A stretch of 31,739 nt of DNA from the IMG/VR virus record IMGVR_UViG_3300035164_000012, positions 1 through 31,739 of that record; one strand, written 5' to 3'. Made by a program: the position numbers and the translations under genes. Below, piece after piece: positions 9,334-18,671 of the stretch. Position 1 is the stretch's first letter. The number at the start of each line of letters is the position of its first letter. Below the pieces are notes generated by a model that was given only the letters and a program-made list of their open reading frames with translations, did no database searches and was not told where the DNA came from. The DNA comes from a virus (lineage: Duplodnaviria > Caudoviricetes).

Positions 9334-9359
9334 AAAAAAAAGGGGTTGTTACACCCCTT
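9334..9359 (-). terminator. Rho-independent terminator after capsid gene
   Basis: AAGGGGT-GTAACA-ACCCCTT followed by a T run. Confidence 0.8.
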
Positions 9360-9371
9360 ATATTAAACCAC

Positions 9372-11963
9372 TTATGTGGTTACGTCTAAGATTGCAGCAA
9401 ATGACTGTGCGTGACGAACAGCAACATCAAATGCAACTACACCCTTAACAGATGTTAAGTTCTTAGCAAAGTCGTCTGAATCTTCACCAACAGTTATTTC
9501 AATACCAGATCCAAATAGACCTAAGATTGCCTGTGAGAAATCACCCATAACAACAGCAGAACACTCACCGCTAGTACTACCTTTTGTAAGGTTGTTAGGT
9601 ACTTGGTTAGTCATTGCTAAAGGATATCCGTTTACTGCTAATGGTGTACCGCCTCTACCAATCGCTGTAAGATCAGTATTAACTAAGAAAGCACCATCAG
9701 TTGCACTAGATCCACCTGCTCTTAGTTTCTTTAATGCACCGATAACTTTAGCGTTTGTTACATAAGAAATAGAATCAGGGTTAACACCTGCATTATCTTC
9801 CATGATTGCAGTTTCTAGATCTACTAATGCTTCTACTGTGATTGCACCACCATTTGTACCCATCGCCACACTTCCGATTCCCGAAGTCTGCATAATACCT
9901 GTAGGCTGTCCTGATGAACCAGTACCATTGAGAATACCTAAGTCAATTCCTACGTTGATCCCCGCTTGGAGGTCTGACCTCACAATTTGTTCAATTCCAG
10001 GAGTTGCTTGAATAAGCATATTTCTAGAATACTTAGACAATGTACCAAGTGTTTTAGGTGTCATTGTAACCTGATCAAATGTTGATTCAGCCTGTGATAA
10101 TGCACCTGTTTCAGAACTTAAGTATCCTGTTGAAGCAACACCTGATCTTCTAGGTATCGCAACATCACCAATTAAACCTGATAATGTTTGTACACCTAAA
10201 CCAACCATGACAGTACTATTACGCAATGCCTCGATGAAGTCATCAGCCATTAAATCAGTAGCAACTATGTTACCGCCAGTAGTAGCACCTGATGTTACAT
10301 AAGTAGCTCTTTTTGCTAATGCTCCAAAAGGTACAAATAATGATCTTCCGCTATTTGATCTTTGAGAATCTTTAGCAATCTGCTGTGAAATCTCTCTTGC
10401 AAAACCACTTCCAGAATTAGACCAATCTCCTGTAAGAAGACCTTTTAATCCAGATGTAATCTTGTAGTCTCTTACATATCTCTCTCTTTCTTTTGGAGAT
10501 AGTTGCTCTTCAATAGGCTTTGCTGTTTCAACAGGCTTTGCATCTATTCTTTCTAAAATAGCTGCTCTACATGAATCTACAGATGAACCATTGTTGATTA
10601 ACTGTTCTGCTAGGTCATCAAAACCACGCTTAGAACACATTGCGTTGATCTCTCTAATTCTTGTACGCTCTGCGGAAGCTGCTTTTTTAGTAGCTTCACT
10701 ACGCACAACTTCTAGATCAAGTTGCTCTTTTTCCATAATTGATTGTTTTTTTGAATTGGGCTGTTGTGCGTCAGTAGACGCTGCGTATACACGCTTACTG
10801 TCTATCATATCTTGTTTTTTAACACTAGGCATAGTGTTTTCATCAATTAATCCTCTACTTATCCCTACATCTGGTGCAGCAGGTGATGCAACTACAGAAA
10901 CTTCATGTGGTTCCCATCTTGTAGCTAAAAATGCATTACTTCCATCTATTTCACGTTCTTCCATCTCTAAAATGCGGTATCCTACGCTAATTGCACTTAA
11001 AATGCCGTCATCTATATCCCTTTTTACTTCCTGTGCCTTTGCATTTCTGCTTAATTCAACAACTGCACGACCTTTTTTCTTATCTTTATCTAAATATGCA
11101 TTTCTTACAATTCCTATAACCTGATCCATATCATGATTCCATAACACAGGTGCAACCCCTCCATTTAACCTACTGAAATCAATAGAACCTGTTTCGTGGC
11201 TTAGTATTTCCGTTCCAAAAGATCTTTCAACAGGGTACTCAGAACTAAAACTAAATTCGTATGTGTTTTCGTCTTTCTCTGAAAAAGATGTTTCACCACT
11301 ACGTTTTAAGACAGTTGTAACACTTCTTAATGAATTTATCTTAGTTAATGTACTGAACTTATGACCTACCTTCACATCTGTTGCCTCAAAATCACCATCT
11401 ACTTCTCTATAAACAGTAATTAATGCAGCAGGGTCATCTTCTGTACCAGTAATTTCAAAATCAGAATCAGGTACATTTATAGTTCCATCACGTTCAATAG
11501 AATCTATAACACCTCTTGCAGTACCACCGCTTGCGTTCCATCTAACTGAATCACCTACAGATAACTCATCTGGTTCTGCACGTTTTGCTGCACGTTTTGT
11601 TTTAGGCATAGCATCATTGTTTCTTAATTCTTTTATTCTAGCTGATTTTGCATCAGAAAAACTTTTACCTGCATCACCGCCCCATGCAGCCCACGCTACT
11701 CTGCCATTACTAGGGTATCCATCTTCACCTGGTCTAAAACCTTCTGCCTCTTTATCAACAGAATGTCTCGCAAACCATGCTGACATAGCGACTACAACAT
11801 CAGGTGATAATTCATTACCGCTTAATATTTGTGTTGCCCTTCTAGCAGCAACTTCTGTACCTCCACCTTCACCTTCTGATTTCCAATCTCTATACCTTTG
11901 CGCCTCCTCTCTCATACCTGCTGTAGGCATAAGGTCTATTTCTGTGCCGTTAATAACTGCCAT
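9372..11963 (-). CDS. Polyprotein: unknown N-domain + Tudor-like domain + HK97-type prohead protease + major capsid protein
   Basis: Protease motifs FSSEYPVER, PVLWNHD, ISVGY, EVSVVASPA. HK97-fold capsid motifs SESTFDQVTMTPKTL-like AESTFDQVTMTPKTLG, GTGSSGQPTGI, GDFSQ, FDVAVRHAQSF. Confidence 0.9.
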   Translation of the reverse strand: MAVINGTEIDLMPTAGMREEAQRYRDWKSEGEGGGTEVAARRATQILSGNELSPDVVVAMSAWFARHSVDKEAEGFRPGEDGYPSNGRVAWAAWGGDAGKSFSDAKSARIKELRNNDAMPKTKRAAKRAEPDELSVGDSVRWNASGGTARGVIDSIERDGTINVPDSDFEITGTEDDPAALITVYREVDGDFEATDVKVGHKFSTLTKINSLRSVTTVLKRSGETSFSEKDENTYEFSFSSEYPVERSFGTEILSHETGSIDFSRLNGGVAPVLWNHDMDQVIGIVRNAYLDKDKKKGRAVVELSRNAKAQEVKRDIDDGILSAISVGYRILEMEEREIDGSNAFLATRWEPHEVSVVASPAAPDVGISRGLIDENTMPSVKKQDMIDSKRVYAASTDAQQPNSKKQSIMEKEQLDLEVVRSEATKKAASAERTRIREINAMCSKRGFDDLAEQLINNGSSVDSCRAAILERIDAKPVETAKPIEEQLSPKERERYVRDYKITSGLKGLLTGDWSNSGSGFAREISQQIAKDSQRSNSGRSLFVPFGALAKRATYVTSGATTGGNIVATDLMADDFIEALRNSTVMVGLGVQTLSGLIGDVAIPRRSGVASTGYLSSETGALSQAESTFDQVTMTPKTLGTLSKYSRNMLIQATPGIEQIVRSDLQAGINVGIDLGILNGTGSSGQPTGIMQTSGIGSVAMGTNGGAITVEALVDLETAIMEDNAGVNPDSISYVTNAKVIGALKKLRAGGSSATDGAFLVNTDLTAIGRGGTPLAVNGYPLAMTNQVPNNLTKGSTSGECSAVVMGDFSQAILGLFGSGIEITVGEDSDDFAKNLTSVKGVVAFDVAVRHAQSFAAILDVTT

Positions 11964-13533
11964 CTGATCCGTCCGCTACGTTTTCTGCATCTTGTCCTGA
12001 TGGTGGATCTGTATCACCAAAAGGATCAACAGTATTAATAGGTTTAAACTGACTGCCACCCGATTTGTTGGTTGCACTTGGGTCTGTATCAGTGATAATA
12101 TTCAACTCGTCAAGTTTTGCCAGTTCAGTCTGTCTTGCTATAAGCAGTTCTTCTATATCTCCACCATTTTCACTAACAACATCTGTTAATGTTTTAAATC
12201 CACATCTAACTGCATCTTTCATTGCTGCTATTTCTTTTTGTGGGTCTACATAGCTATATCCTCTACATACCCATCTAACCTTTTCATATACTTCGGGTGT
12301 TGTTGAATAGGTAGGTAACGTAAGAGTGCCACTTAATACAGCCATCTCTAACCAATATTCGTATATAGGTTGGTAAAAAGTTTCCTTTAACATCTTTTGT
12401 ATAGTACGCCAGTGATCTCTATCCTGTAACATGGCTAACCTGCTACTACTGTAGTTAGATTGACTGTAGTCAGATGATATCGCCTCAAAACTGCACCCTA
12501 AACCGCTTGCCATGCTTCTAAGCATTGACCTTACAAATGGTTCAAACTCACCATTAGCTTTATCCAAGTCAGGTACAGATATACTTTCACCAGGTGCTAA
12601 GTATTTAAAAGTACCTGGTTCAAAACCGCTTACACGTTCATAATCAAATACCTCACCACCTGCATCTAGTTCACCTTCTGGACTTGTTATAAATCCCATT
12701 AGTGCAGAACTTGCACGTTGCCCTACAACAGTTGCCTCTATATATCCATCTAACTGGTGCAGATGATTTATTGCACTAGCTAAAAATGGTACGCCCCTAT
12801 GCTGACCTGGTCTTAGTGGCATAAATAAATGTATTACATCTTTTGCAGGTACAATAATATGCCTTCTGTCTCTAACAGGTGTTTCAAATGTAGTATCACC
12901 AGGGTGTTTCTTTAAAAACGCATAACTAACTGCCCTACCTTCTGGACTAATCTCTATGCCTAACCGCCAAACATTTTTATTATTCTTTTTTACACCTTTA
13001 TAATCTGCATCTAATTGTTCTGCCTCTAATATCTCTAATGAAAAAGGAATTTTACTTCTACCATATGCTTTTCTATGTATAACAATAAAACATTCACCGC
13101 TTTCTATCATTGACCTTACTGCTAATCTTTCTAGTTCAGAAAAACAAAGAACACCACGAATATCACAACTATCTTTCCTACCCCATTTACTCCATTCACT
13201 TTCTATAGACTCATTTAATCTAGTATTAGGACTACCGCCCCTCTGACTTTTTATTTGTGCTTGTAATGTTACACCTTGACCTACAACTTGGTTAGTTGCA
13301 TATCTTACAGCCTGTGCGGCATAGTTATTATTTCTTACTAAATCATGTACACGCTTTCTAAGAGTTTCAATAGAATTTTTATAACTTTGATCTGGTGAAG
13401 ATAAAGGTGTTACCCATCCAAGATTAGTTCTATCTACTCTTGCACCTGCATACATCCTTTTTAACCTATTTCTACGGCTATTTAAGTCGTTGTTAGATGT
13501 AAATAAGCCCTTCCAAGCGTTTCTTAAGCCCAT
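11950..13533 (-). CDS. Portal protein, lambda gpB family
   Basis: DLVRNN.YA, RPGQHRGVP, DYSQSNYSSSR, VDPQKE motifs. Confidence 0.93.
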   Translation of the reverse strand: MGLRNAWKGLFTSNNDLNSRRNRLKRMYAGARVDRTNLGWVTPLSSPDQSYKNSIETLRKRVHDLVRNNNYAAQAVRYATNQVVGQGVTLQAQIKSQRGGSPNTRLNESIESEWSKWGRKDSCDIRGVLCFSELERLAVRSMIESGECFIVIHRKAYGRSKIPFSLEILEAEQLDADYKGVKKNNKNVWRLGIEISPEGRAVSYAFLKKHPGDTTFETPVRDRRHIIVPAKDVIHLFMPLRPGQHRGVPFLASAINHLHQLDGYIEATVVGQRASSALMGFITSPEGELDAGGEVFDYERVSGFEPGTFKYLAPGESISVPDLDKANGEFEPFVRSMLRSMASGLGCSFEAISSDYSQSNYSSSRLAMLQDRDHWRTIQKMLKETFYQPIYEYWLEMAVLSGTLTLPTYSTTPEVYEKVRWVCRGYSYVDPQKEIAAMKDAVRCGFKTLTDVVSENGGDIEELLIARQTELAKLDELNIITDTDPSATNKSGGSQFKPINTVDPFGDTDPPSGQDAENVADGSDGSY

Positions 13534-13542
13534 TTAACTCTC

Positions 13543-14124
13543 CTAAAAGCGTACATAAAGGTTTTTAGGGTCTCCTAAACCCTGACTCTTTAAACTATAC
13601 CTCTTTTCACTAAATACTCTAGACTTTAATTCTGCCTCTCTTGCTCTAAGTTCTGGTAAATCTATACGCTTAAATCTTCTATTACCTATAGAATACTCTG
13701 CGGCCTTATCAGATATTATAGCTCTAATCGCAGCGGTAACAGCATCTAGGTCAATTTCCGTTTGTGTTCTATTATCGATTGCAGCAGGTGTACCTGAATA
13801 TTGTAATGATTGTTTTACTTCTAGCTCACCACTACCAATTTCAAATACCTTACCGCTTTTAAATGCTCTTGCAGACCAAAACCAGTTACCAGCATCAAAA
13901 CCTGCACTATCTGTTGCACTTATGGTAAATTGCCAGCCTGTACTGTTGGCGTATTGAGTACCAGTAACAGTATGCCCCTCACTTGCTGTATTTGTTCTTA
14001 AATAATATTCTAATGTCCAATCAGGACTACTAATAGTTTCGTTTATGCCAGCAGTTGTTGCTTCATCTACCCATTCAATAGTAGTACCAGCAGTTATTAC
14101 ACTTGGTAAGTCAGATTTCCACAT
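13543..14124 (-). CDS. Head completion protein (gpW-like C-terminus with beta-rich N-terminal domain)
   Basis: Between terminase and portal. C-terminal AEYSIGNRRFKRIDLPEL motif. Confidence 0.65.
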   Translation of the reverse strand: MWKSDLPSVITAGTTIEWVDEATTAGINETISSPDWTLEYYLRTNTASEGHTVTGTQYANSTGWQFTISATDSAGFDAGNWFWSARAFKSGKVFEIGSGELEVKQSLQYSGTPAAIDNRTQTEIDLDAVTAAIRAIISDKAAEYSIGNRRFKRIDLPELRAREAELKSRVFSEKRYSLKSQGLGDPKNLYVRF

Positions 14125-14129
14125 AATGT

Positions 14130-15995
14130 TTACCAGTTGTTAACAAAGTTATTAGTAGATGTTCTTTTTATTGTAGCTCTTTTAGGCTTAACTACATTAT
14201 CATCTTCATTTAATTTATTTTCTAACTGTTGCCACACTGTATTCCTGTTAAATTTACTTATATAAAAACACATAGCGGCGTAACTGTATACCCAAGTGTC
14301 TAAACACTCATTCCTTGTTGTTGCTTTCTTAACCCATTGAGGAACTTGAAACCCTGCTTTGTTTGTTTTTAGTATCTGTCTTTCTGCTGTTATCTGTTTA
14401 AAATATTCTTCACTTGTATTGGCATGAAAATGTATATAACCATGACTACCTACCTTGTTATTCTTTAACCTACCCATCAAAGTATTTTTTATGGTGTCAA
14501 CTCCTAATGGATATACAAGACCACCTTTTTTTATAGCTTTATTTACTTTCCTAAAATTTATATCAACTCTTGTAGGTCTACCTATTGCAGGTTTGTTTGC
14601 CTGTGATTGTCCTTTGATTGCAATTACACCCTGTGCAACTTTTTCTCTTGCAAACTGATAAACCTCTGATGTATGTAAACCACCTGAGTCAATAGCACTT
14701 ATTACAGGTACAAGACTTTTGCCGTTCTCATGTTCATACTGTTGATTTATAACTATCTGTAATTGTTTCCATACGTCTGCTTGATGAGGATCACCCCATA
14801 ATTGTACATGATCTATCAAAAATGCTTCTTCACCTTTACCCCATCCCCATGTACTAACTTCTAATCTATCTACCTGACAATCAACACCCTGAGTAAGAAA
14901 CAATACACCTTCTGGACACGTTGCCTGTTTATAACTTTCACATCTTTTTAACAAGCCTTCTGCACTCATAGAACTTACATAGTCTGTTTCAAAAGTCTCT
15001 GCCAGCCTAGTATTAACAAAAGTTTTTATCAATGGTGCATCACCTTTTGCCTTGTTAAACTCCATAAGCATTTCAGACCACGACAACCAACCTAAAGGTG
15101 AATAAAGGCCGTTTAGTCTATAACCTGCTGTTATTCCATCTCCTTCTTTCATAGGTCGCCATTCACCCATACGTAGCATTTTTGTTTTATGTGTTTCATC
15201 GAATAATTCACCGCAATGTATACATTTATATTTAGGATTTTTTTCGTTATCTTTTTCTAATTGTTTCCAATCTAGATATTGATATTTACCGCAACATGGT
15301 GCAGGTACGTAATATAAGCGTTGATCTGATGCTAAATATTCTGCTTCTATTCTTGAAAAATCTTTAATTGTAGGTGTAGATGTTAGTAATATCTTTTTGC
15401 GTGTACTAAATGTTGTTGCCCTTTTTTCTGCAAGTGCTACAGGATCACCTTCACCTGATACATCAGACGGAAATGCATCCACCTCATCTAAGCTTATATA
15501 TCTACATGGTGTGGATCTTAACCCTGTTGCTGAGTTAGCTCCTGTTATTATCATCATTCCACCAGGGAACTCTTTACTAAATAATGTATTGCCGCTATCT
15601 CTACTTCTAGCAGGTGCAATTTTTTTATTTAAACAAGGTGTATCATTTATCATCGGTTCTATTCTCTGTTTAGATAGTCTTTTACTCATATCAACAGTAG
15701 GTTGTACAAGTAACATAGGTGCAGGGGCATGATCTATTACATAACCTGCGAAACAGTTTTGCAATTCTGTTTTTCCACTTTGAGCCGCAAACATTAACAC
15801 CACACGTTGTATAGGACTTTGTGTACTAAGGCAATCCATAGGCTCTTTTAAATATGGTGTTCGTTCAACTCTATACTTTCCATGCTCACTAGAACTTTTA
15901 CTTGATAAAACTCTGTATTTATTAGACCATTCACTTACTGTTAGTTGCTCCTGTGGTTTTAAGCCTGCAAAAAACCCTTCTTCCCATGCGTTCAT
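14130..15995 (-). CDS. terL: Terminase large subunit, lambda gpA family
   Basis: Walker A AQSGKTE, Walker B ISLDEVD, STPT coupling motif, Cys clusters, GVDCQ and IDSGG nuclease motifs, RNECLD. Confidence 0.95.
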   Translation of the reverse strand: MNAWEEGFFAGLKPQEQLTVSEWSNKYRVLSSKSSSEHGKYRVERTPYLKEPMDCLSTQSPIQRVVLMFAAQSGKTELQNCFAGYVIDHAPAPMLLVQPTVDMSKRLSKQRIEPMINDTPCLNKKIAPARSRDSGNTLFSKEFPGGMMIITGANSATGLRSTPCRYISLDEVDAFPSDVSGEGDPVALAEKRATTFSTRKKILLTSTPTIKDFSRIEAEYLASDQRLYYVPAPCCGKYQYLDWKQLEKDNEKNPKYKCIHCGELFDETHKTKMLRMGEWRPMKEGDGITAGYRLNGLYSPLGWLSWSEMLMEFNKAKGDAPLIKTFVNTRLAETFETDYVSSMSAEGLLKRCESYKQATCPEGVLFLTQGVDCQVDRLEVSTWGWGKGEEAFLIDHVQLWGDPHQADVWKQLQIVINQQYEHENGKSLVPVISAIDSGGLHTSEVYQFAREKVAQGVIAIKGQSQANKPAIGRPTRVDINFRKVNKAIKKGGLVYPLGVDTIKNTLMGRLKNNKVGSHGYIHFHANTSEEYFKQITAERQILKTNKAGFQVPQWVKKATTRNECLDTWVYSYAAMCFYISKFNRNTVWQQLENKLNEDDNVVKPKRATIKRTSTNNFVNNW

Positions 15996-16489
15996 TGAGC
16001 TAAATTCTCTAATGCTTCTCTATGTTCAGTAGAAATAATATTATGTATAACAGTTGCATCATCTTCACCTGCTAATTGATGACTTAACCTGTCAGCAAGA
16101 TTTGTTAAAGCTTCTCTAATAGATCTACCAGTAGCAAAACTACTTTTTTTTATTTCATCAACACTAACTAGCTGTTCTTTCTTCTCTTCTACGTCTAATT
16201 TTGCAAGTTCTGCTAAAAAATATTCTCTTTTTGCCTTACTTTCACCATATGCAGGTATCTCATCCTCTGTTTTTGCGTCAATTTCCTGTTTTAGTTGCTT
16301 TCTAACAGTTGTATCCTTGCTTGGTAGTGCTTGAATATCCCATAATCTAAAAGCTTCCTCTTTGTTAACCATTCTTTTGCCGTTGTGGTTGACAATCGCA
16401 CTGTCTAGTTTACCTGTCTTAATTTTCTTCGAAACTGCTTGCCTTGACACGTTTTTCAACATTGCTAACTCTGCCATTGTTATAAGCAT
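15992..16489 (-). CDS. terS: Terminase small subunit (Nu1-like)
   Basis: N-terminal HTH (AELA..NVSRQAVSK), then KAKRE...AELAKL...LVSVDE. Overlaps the terL start. Confidence 0.85.
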   Translation of the reverse strand: MLITMAELAMLKNVSRQAVSKKIKTGKLDSAIVNHNGKRMVNKEEAFRLWDIQALPSKDTTVRKQLKQEIDAKTEDEIPAYGESKAKREYFLAELAKLDVEEKKEQLVSVDEIKKSSFATGRSIREALTNLADRLSHQLAGEDDATVIHNIISTEHREALENLAQ

Positions 16490-16500
16490 GATCTAATTTT

Positions 16501-16610
16501 GTAAACCTGATGATTTTATTATAGTAAACTTGTAAACCCCTAGTTAACCTCCACGCTAGAAAATAATCGTGCGTATGAACGACCCACAATGTTACAGCTA
16601 GAAAGAACCT
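16501..16610 (-). other. Putative cos packaging site (cosQ-like, cosN-like dyad, cosB-like repeats)
   Basis: Upstream of terS. AGGTTCT (cf. lambda cosQ GGGTCCT) at 16610-16604, dyad GTGGGT-N7-ACGCAC at 16587-16569, GTTTAC x3 plus GTTAAC at 16548-16501. Confidence 0.6.
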
Positions 16611-16615
16611 AGTGA

Positions 16616-17290
16616 CTACTTGGCAGTAGCTATAGCCTTAGACATTGCCTTGTTAAAGTGTTGGTCAAACCTACGCTGTACGACCTTACCTGCTATTGCA
16701 TCTAAGTTAAAGCGACCTGTGTAGTTAGGTTTGTTTGTAGTTGCAACAAAGTATGGAAACAACTGTTCTCTTGACCTTCTATATATACCTGGAGGCTTAC
16801 CTTGATTATGTGCAGGTGTACCAATAAAGAAACCACCTCGGGGATTACCACTAATACCTTTTGTTGTTCGCTTTAATGTTGAACGTGTTACGTTACCATG
16901 CCTATCTGTTTTAACAAAAGATGTAGGAATAAAAAAGCTTTTAGGTGGTATAGTGCCATCATCCTTAAGTCCACCAAAGTATAATTCAAATCCTTTAGGT
17001 AATCTAACACCTCCCTTGACACCATATCTTAAATACTTTGAGGCTTTATCTTTTGCAAATATATGTGAGACTAATGCAGTTTTTTTAGACTTAGATACTA
17101 GAAATGCTTTTTGTGTAAACTTTGTAGGCTGATCAAAAGCACCTAGTGTACCCTTACCTAGTGCAGTTTTAACATCAAATGCAGTATTGTTTATAGCTAC
17201 AGATGTAGCGAAAGGTAATTGTTTTCTATTGTTATTTAGAAATCTATCAAAGCCTTTTAGGTCTTGATCTATAGATAGTTGTATACCCAT
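16616..17290 (-). CDS. Neck / tail completion protein (gpZ-like)
   Basis: KQLPFATSVAINNTA...FDQPTKFT motif, basic protein ending ..FNKAMSKAIATAK. Confidence 0.65.
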   Translation of the reverse strand: MGIQLSIDQDLKGFDRFLNNNRKQLPFATSVAINNTAFDVKTALGKGTLGAFDQPTKFTQKAFLVSKSKKTALVSHIFAKDKASKYLRYGVKGGVRLPKGFELYFGGLKDDGTIPPKSFFIPTSFVKTDRHGNVTRSTLKRTTKGISGNPRGGFFIGTPAHNQGKPPGIYRRSREQLFPYFVATTNKPNYTGRFNLDAIAGKVVQRRFDQHFNKAMSKAIATAK

Positions 17291-17634
17291 TAGAAAGGTA
17301 TTGTAGCTGTCTCTTCTACTATAGTTGGTTGTGTTTGCTCACGCTTCTCTGGTAATACAAAGTTGTTTACATTAACTCTTAGTTGTTTTCTTTTTTGTCC
17401 ATCTTCTGTTTCATATGTTGTGTACTCAGCATCACCTGATATTGCTACTAAGCTTCCCTTTTTATAAGCATCTACTATAAGCTCCCATCTCTTACCCCAT
17501 ACCTGACAATCTATAAAAGATGTTCTATCCCTGCCATGTGATACGGCTATTGTAAATGATGCAAGATCATAAGCCCCTGCTTTTTTATATTCAGCGTCTT
17601 TTGTTAAACGCCCTGCGATTGATACATTAAACAT
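17290..17634 (-). CDS. ssb: Single-stranded DNA-binding protein
   Basis: IAGRLTKDAE, FTIAV, TSFIDCQVWGK, KKGSLV, C-terminal IPF. Confidence 0.92.
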   Translation of the reverse strand: MFNVSIAGRLTKDAEYKKAGAYDLASFTIAVSHGRDRTSFIDCQVWGKRWELIVDAYKKGSLVAISGDAEYTTYETEDGQKRKQLRVNVNNFVLPEKREQTQPTIVEETATIPF

Positions 17635-17821
17635 TGTTATCTGGTAAATAGTTTGAGATCAGGTAATTAATACCTGATGAGTAGGAATAATTGTTAGCTT
17701 TGCACCAATCTCTAAATTTTTTGTGATTAATGTGCGTAAGTTTTGAAGATACCAGAAAGCGGTTTTTCCAGTTAGAGGCAGCAACATCAATAGGTCTAGT
17801 TTCAAGTGGTTCATCAATCAT
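17627..17821 (-). CDS. Small putative ribbon-helix-helix DNA-binding protein
   Basis: Strand-helix-helix pattern FLVSSKL / HKKFRDWCKAN / SYSSGINYLISNYL. Confidence 0.45.
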   Translation of the reverse strand: MIDEPLETRPIDVAASNWKNRFLVSSKLTHINHKKFRDWCKANNYSYSSGINYLISNYLPDNNV

Positions 17822-18507
17822 GTGTTAACAGATAGCCATTCTTCTATAAAAGTAACGTGTTTAGGTTTTGTTATGTTATCTGATAACTTTTTGTTTCTAT
17901 CAAAATCAAACTCTATATATAAAGCATCAGCTAATGTGTTGTAGAGTTTTTTATCTTTAACAAGTAGCTTACCTACTATCTGTAGATAATATTGTTTAGT
18001 TTCATCATCTAACAACGTAGGCATACCTACAGCCTTATTATGTTTATCTATAAGTGCTTTATAGTTTTCATCAGGTAAAGGTATTGGTTTGTTTTTGTTT
18101 ATAGGTGTTACTTTCTCAGGAGTTGGATTAGCAAAATCACCATCATTATCGGGAATACCTGCGTTTTGTCCTAATATGCCAAGCTCGCAATATCTTCGGA
18201 AATAAGTTAATGCACCACCTTCTGCGTGTATAGGATTACCTCTTGTTTCTTTTATTAATGGTAATAAATATTTAGATGCAACTATTTCTCCTGATATGTG
18301 CATAAGGTTAGTTACTAATACATTTCTACCTTCTAGTATTTCTGTTGTATGTATTACGACTAATCCATTTCTAGCTAATACAGGATTTACTACAGATAAT
18401 ACACTTGATAAATCAGCAAACTTACCAAACTGTGCATTAGCTTTTTCTTCTATAGTTCCAACTTCTTGTATGAACTTACAAAGTGCTTTTGTTATTTCTT
18501 TAGTCAT
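17818..18507 (-). CDS. erf: ERF-family single-strand annealing protein
   Basis: KFADLSSVL...PVL..NGL, LMHISGE, GGALTYFRRY, DNDG motifs. Start moved to the ATG at 18507, which overlaps the upstream stop region. Confidence 0.85.
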   Translation of the reverse strand: MTKEITKALCKFIQEVGTIEEKANAQFGKFADLSSVLSVVNPVLARNGLVVIHTTEILEGRNVLVTNLMHISGEIVASKYLLPLIKETRGNPIHAEGGALTYFRRYCELGILGQNAGIPDNDGDFANPTPEKVTPINKNKPIPLPDENYKALIDKHNKAVGMPTLLDDETKQYYLQIVGKLLVKDKKLYNTLADALYIEFDFDRNKKLSDNITKPKHVTFIEEWLSVNT

Positions 18508-18601
18508 TAAGTTGTTTTGCAGCTTCAATAATTTGTTTACCTAGTTGTTCATTTGTCCAGGATTCTCTTTTTGCTACAAGATACCAATCTTTAGCTGTCA
18601 T
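18500..18601 (-). CDS. Tiny hypothetical protein (33 aa)
   Basis: ATG after an A-rich leader, MTAKDWYLVAKRESWTNEQLGKQ..., coupled to erf. Confidence 0.5.
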   Translation of the reverse strand: MTAKDWYLVAKRESWTNEQLGKQIIEAAKQLND

Positions 18602-18671
18602 TTTTTTTGTTTTATTTTTTGGTATGTATAGAAGCAATGCCATAATATTGAATATATTTTTCTTATTATAG

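Noticed and set aside
422-15732. Plus-strand ORFs in the track across the structural region (e.g. 422-706, 959-1252, 3281-3607, 5828-6127, 10591-11124, 15397-15732)
   Set aside because: They lie antisense to well-supported minus-strand genes, mostly start with TTG/GTG and have no motifs. They are shadow ORFs.
14286-17290. Partial GTATACCC matches at about 14286 and 17281 as operators
   Set aside because: Half-matches inside coding sequence, explained by W-V-Y and M-G-I-Q codons.
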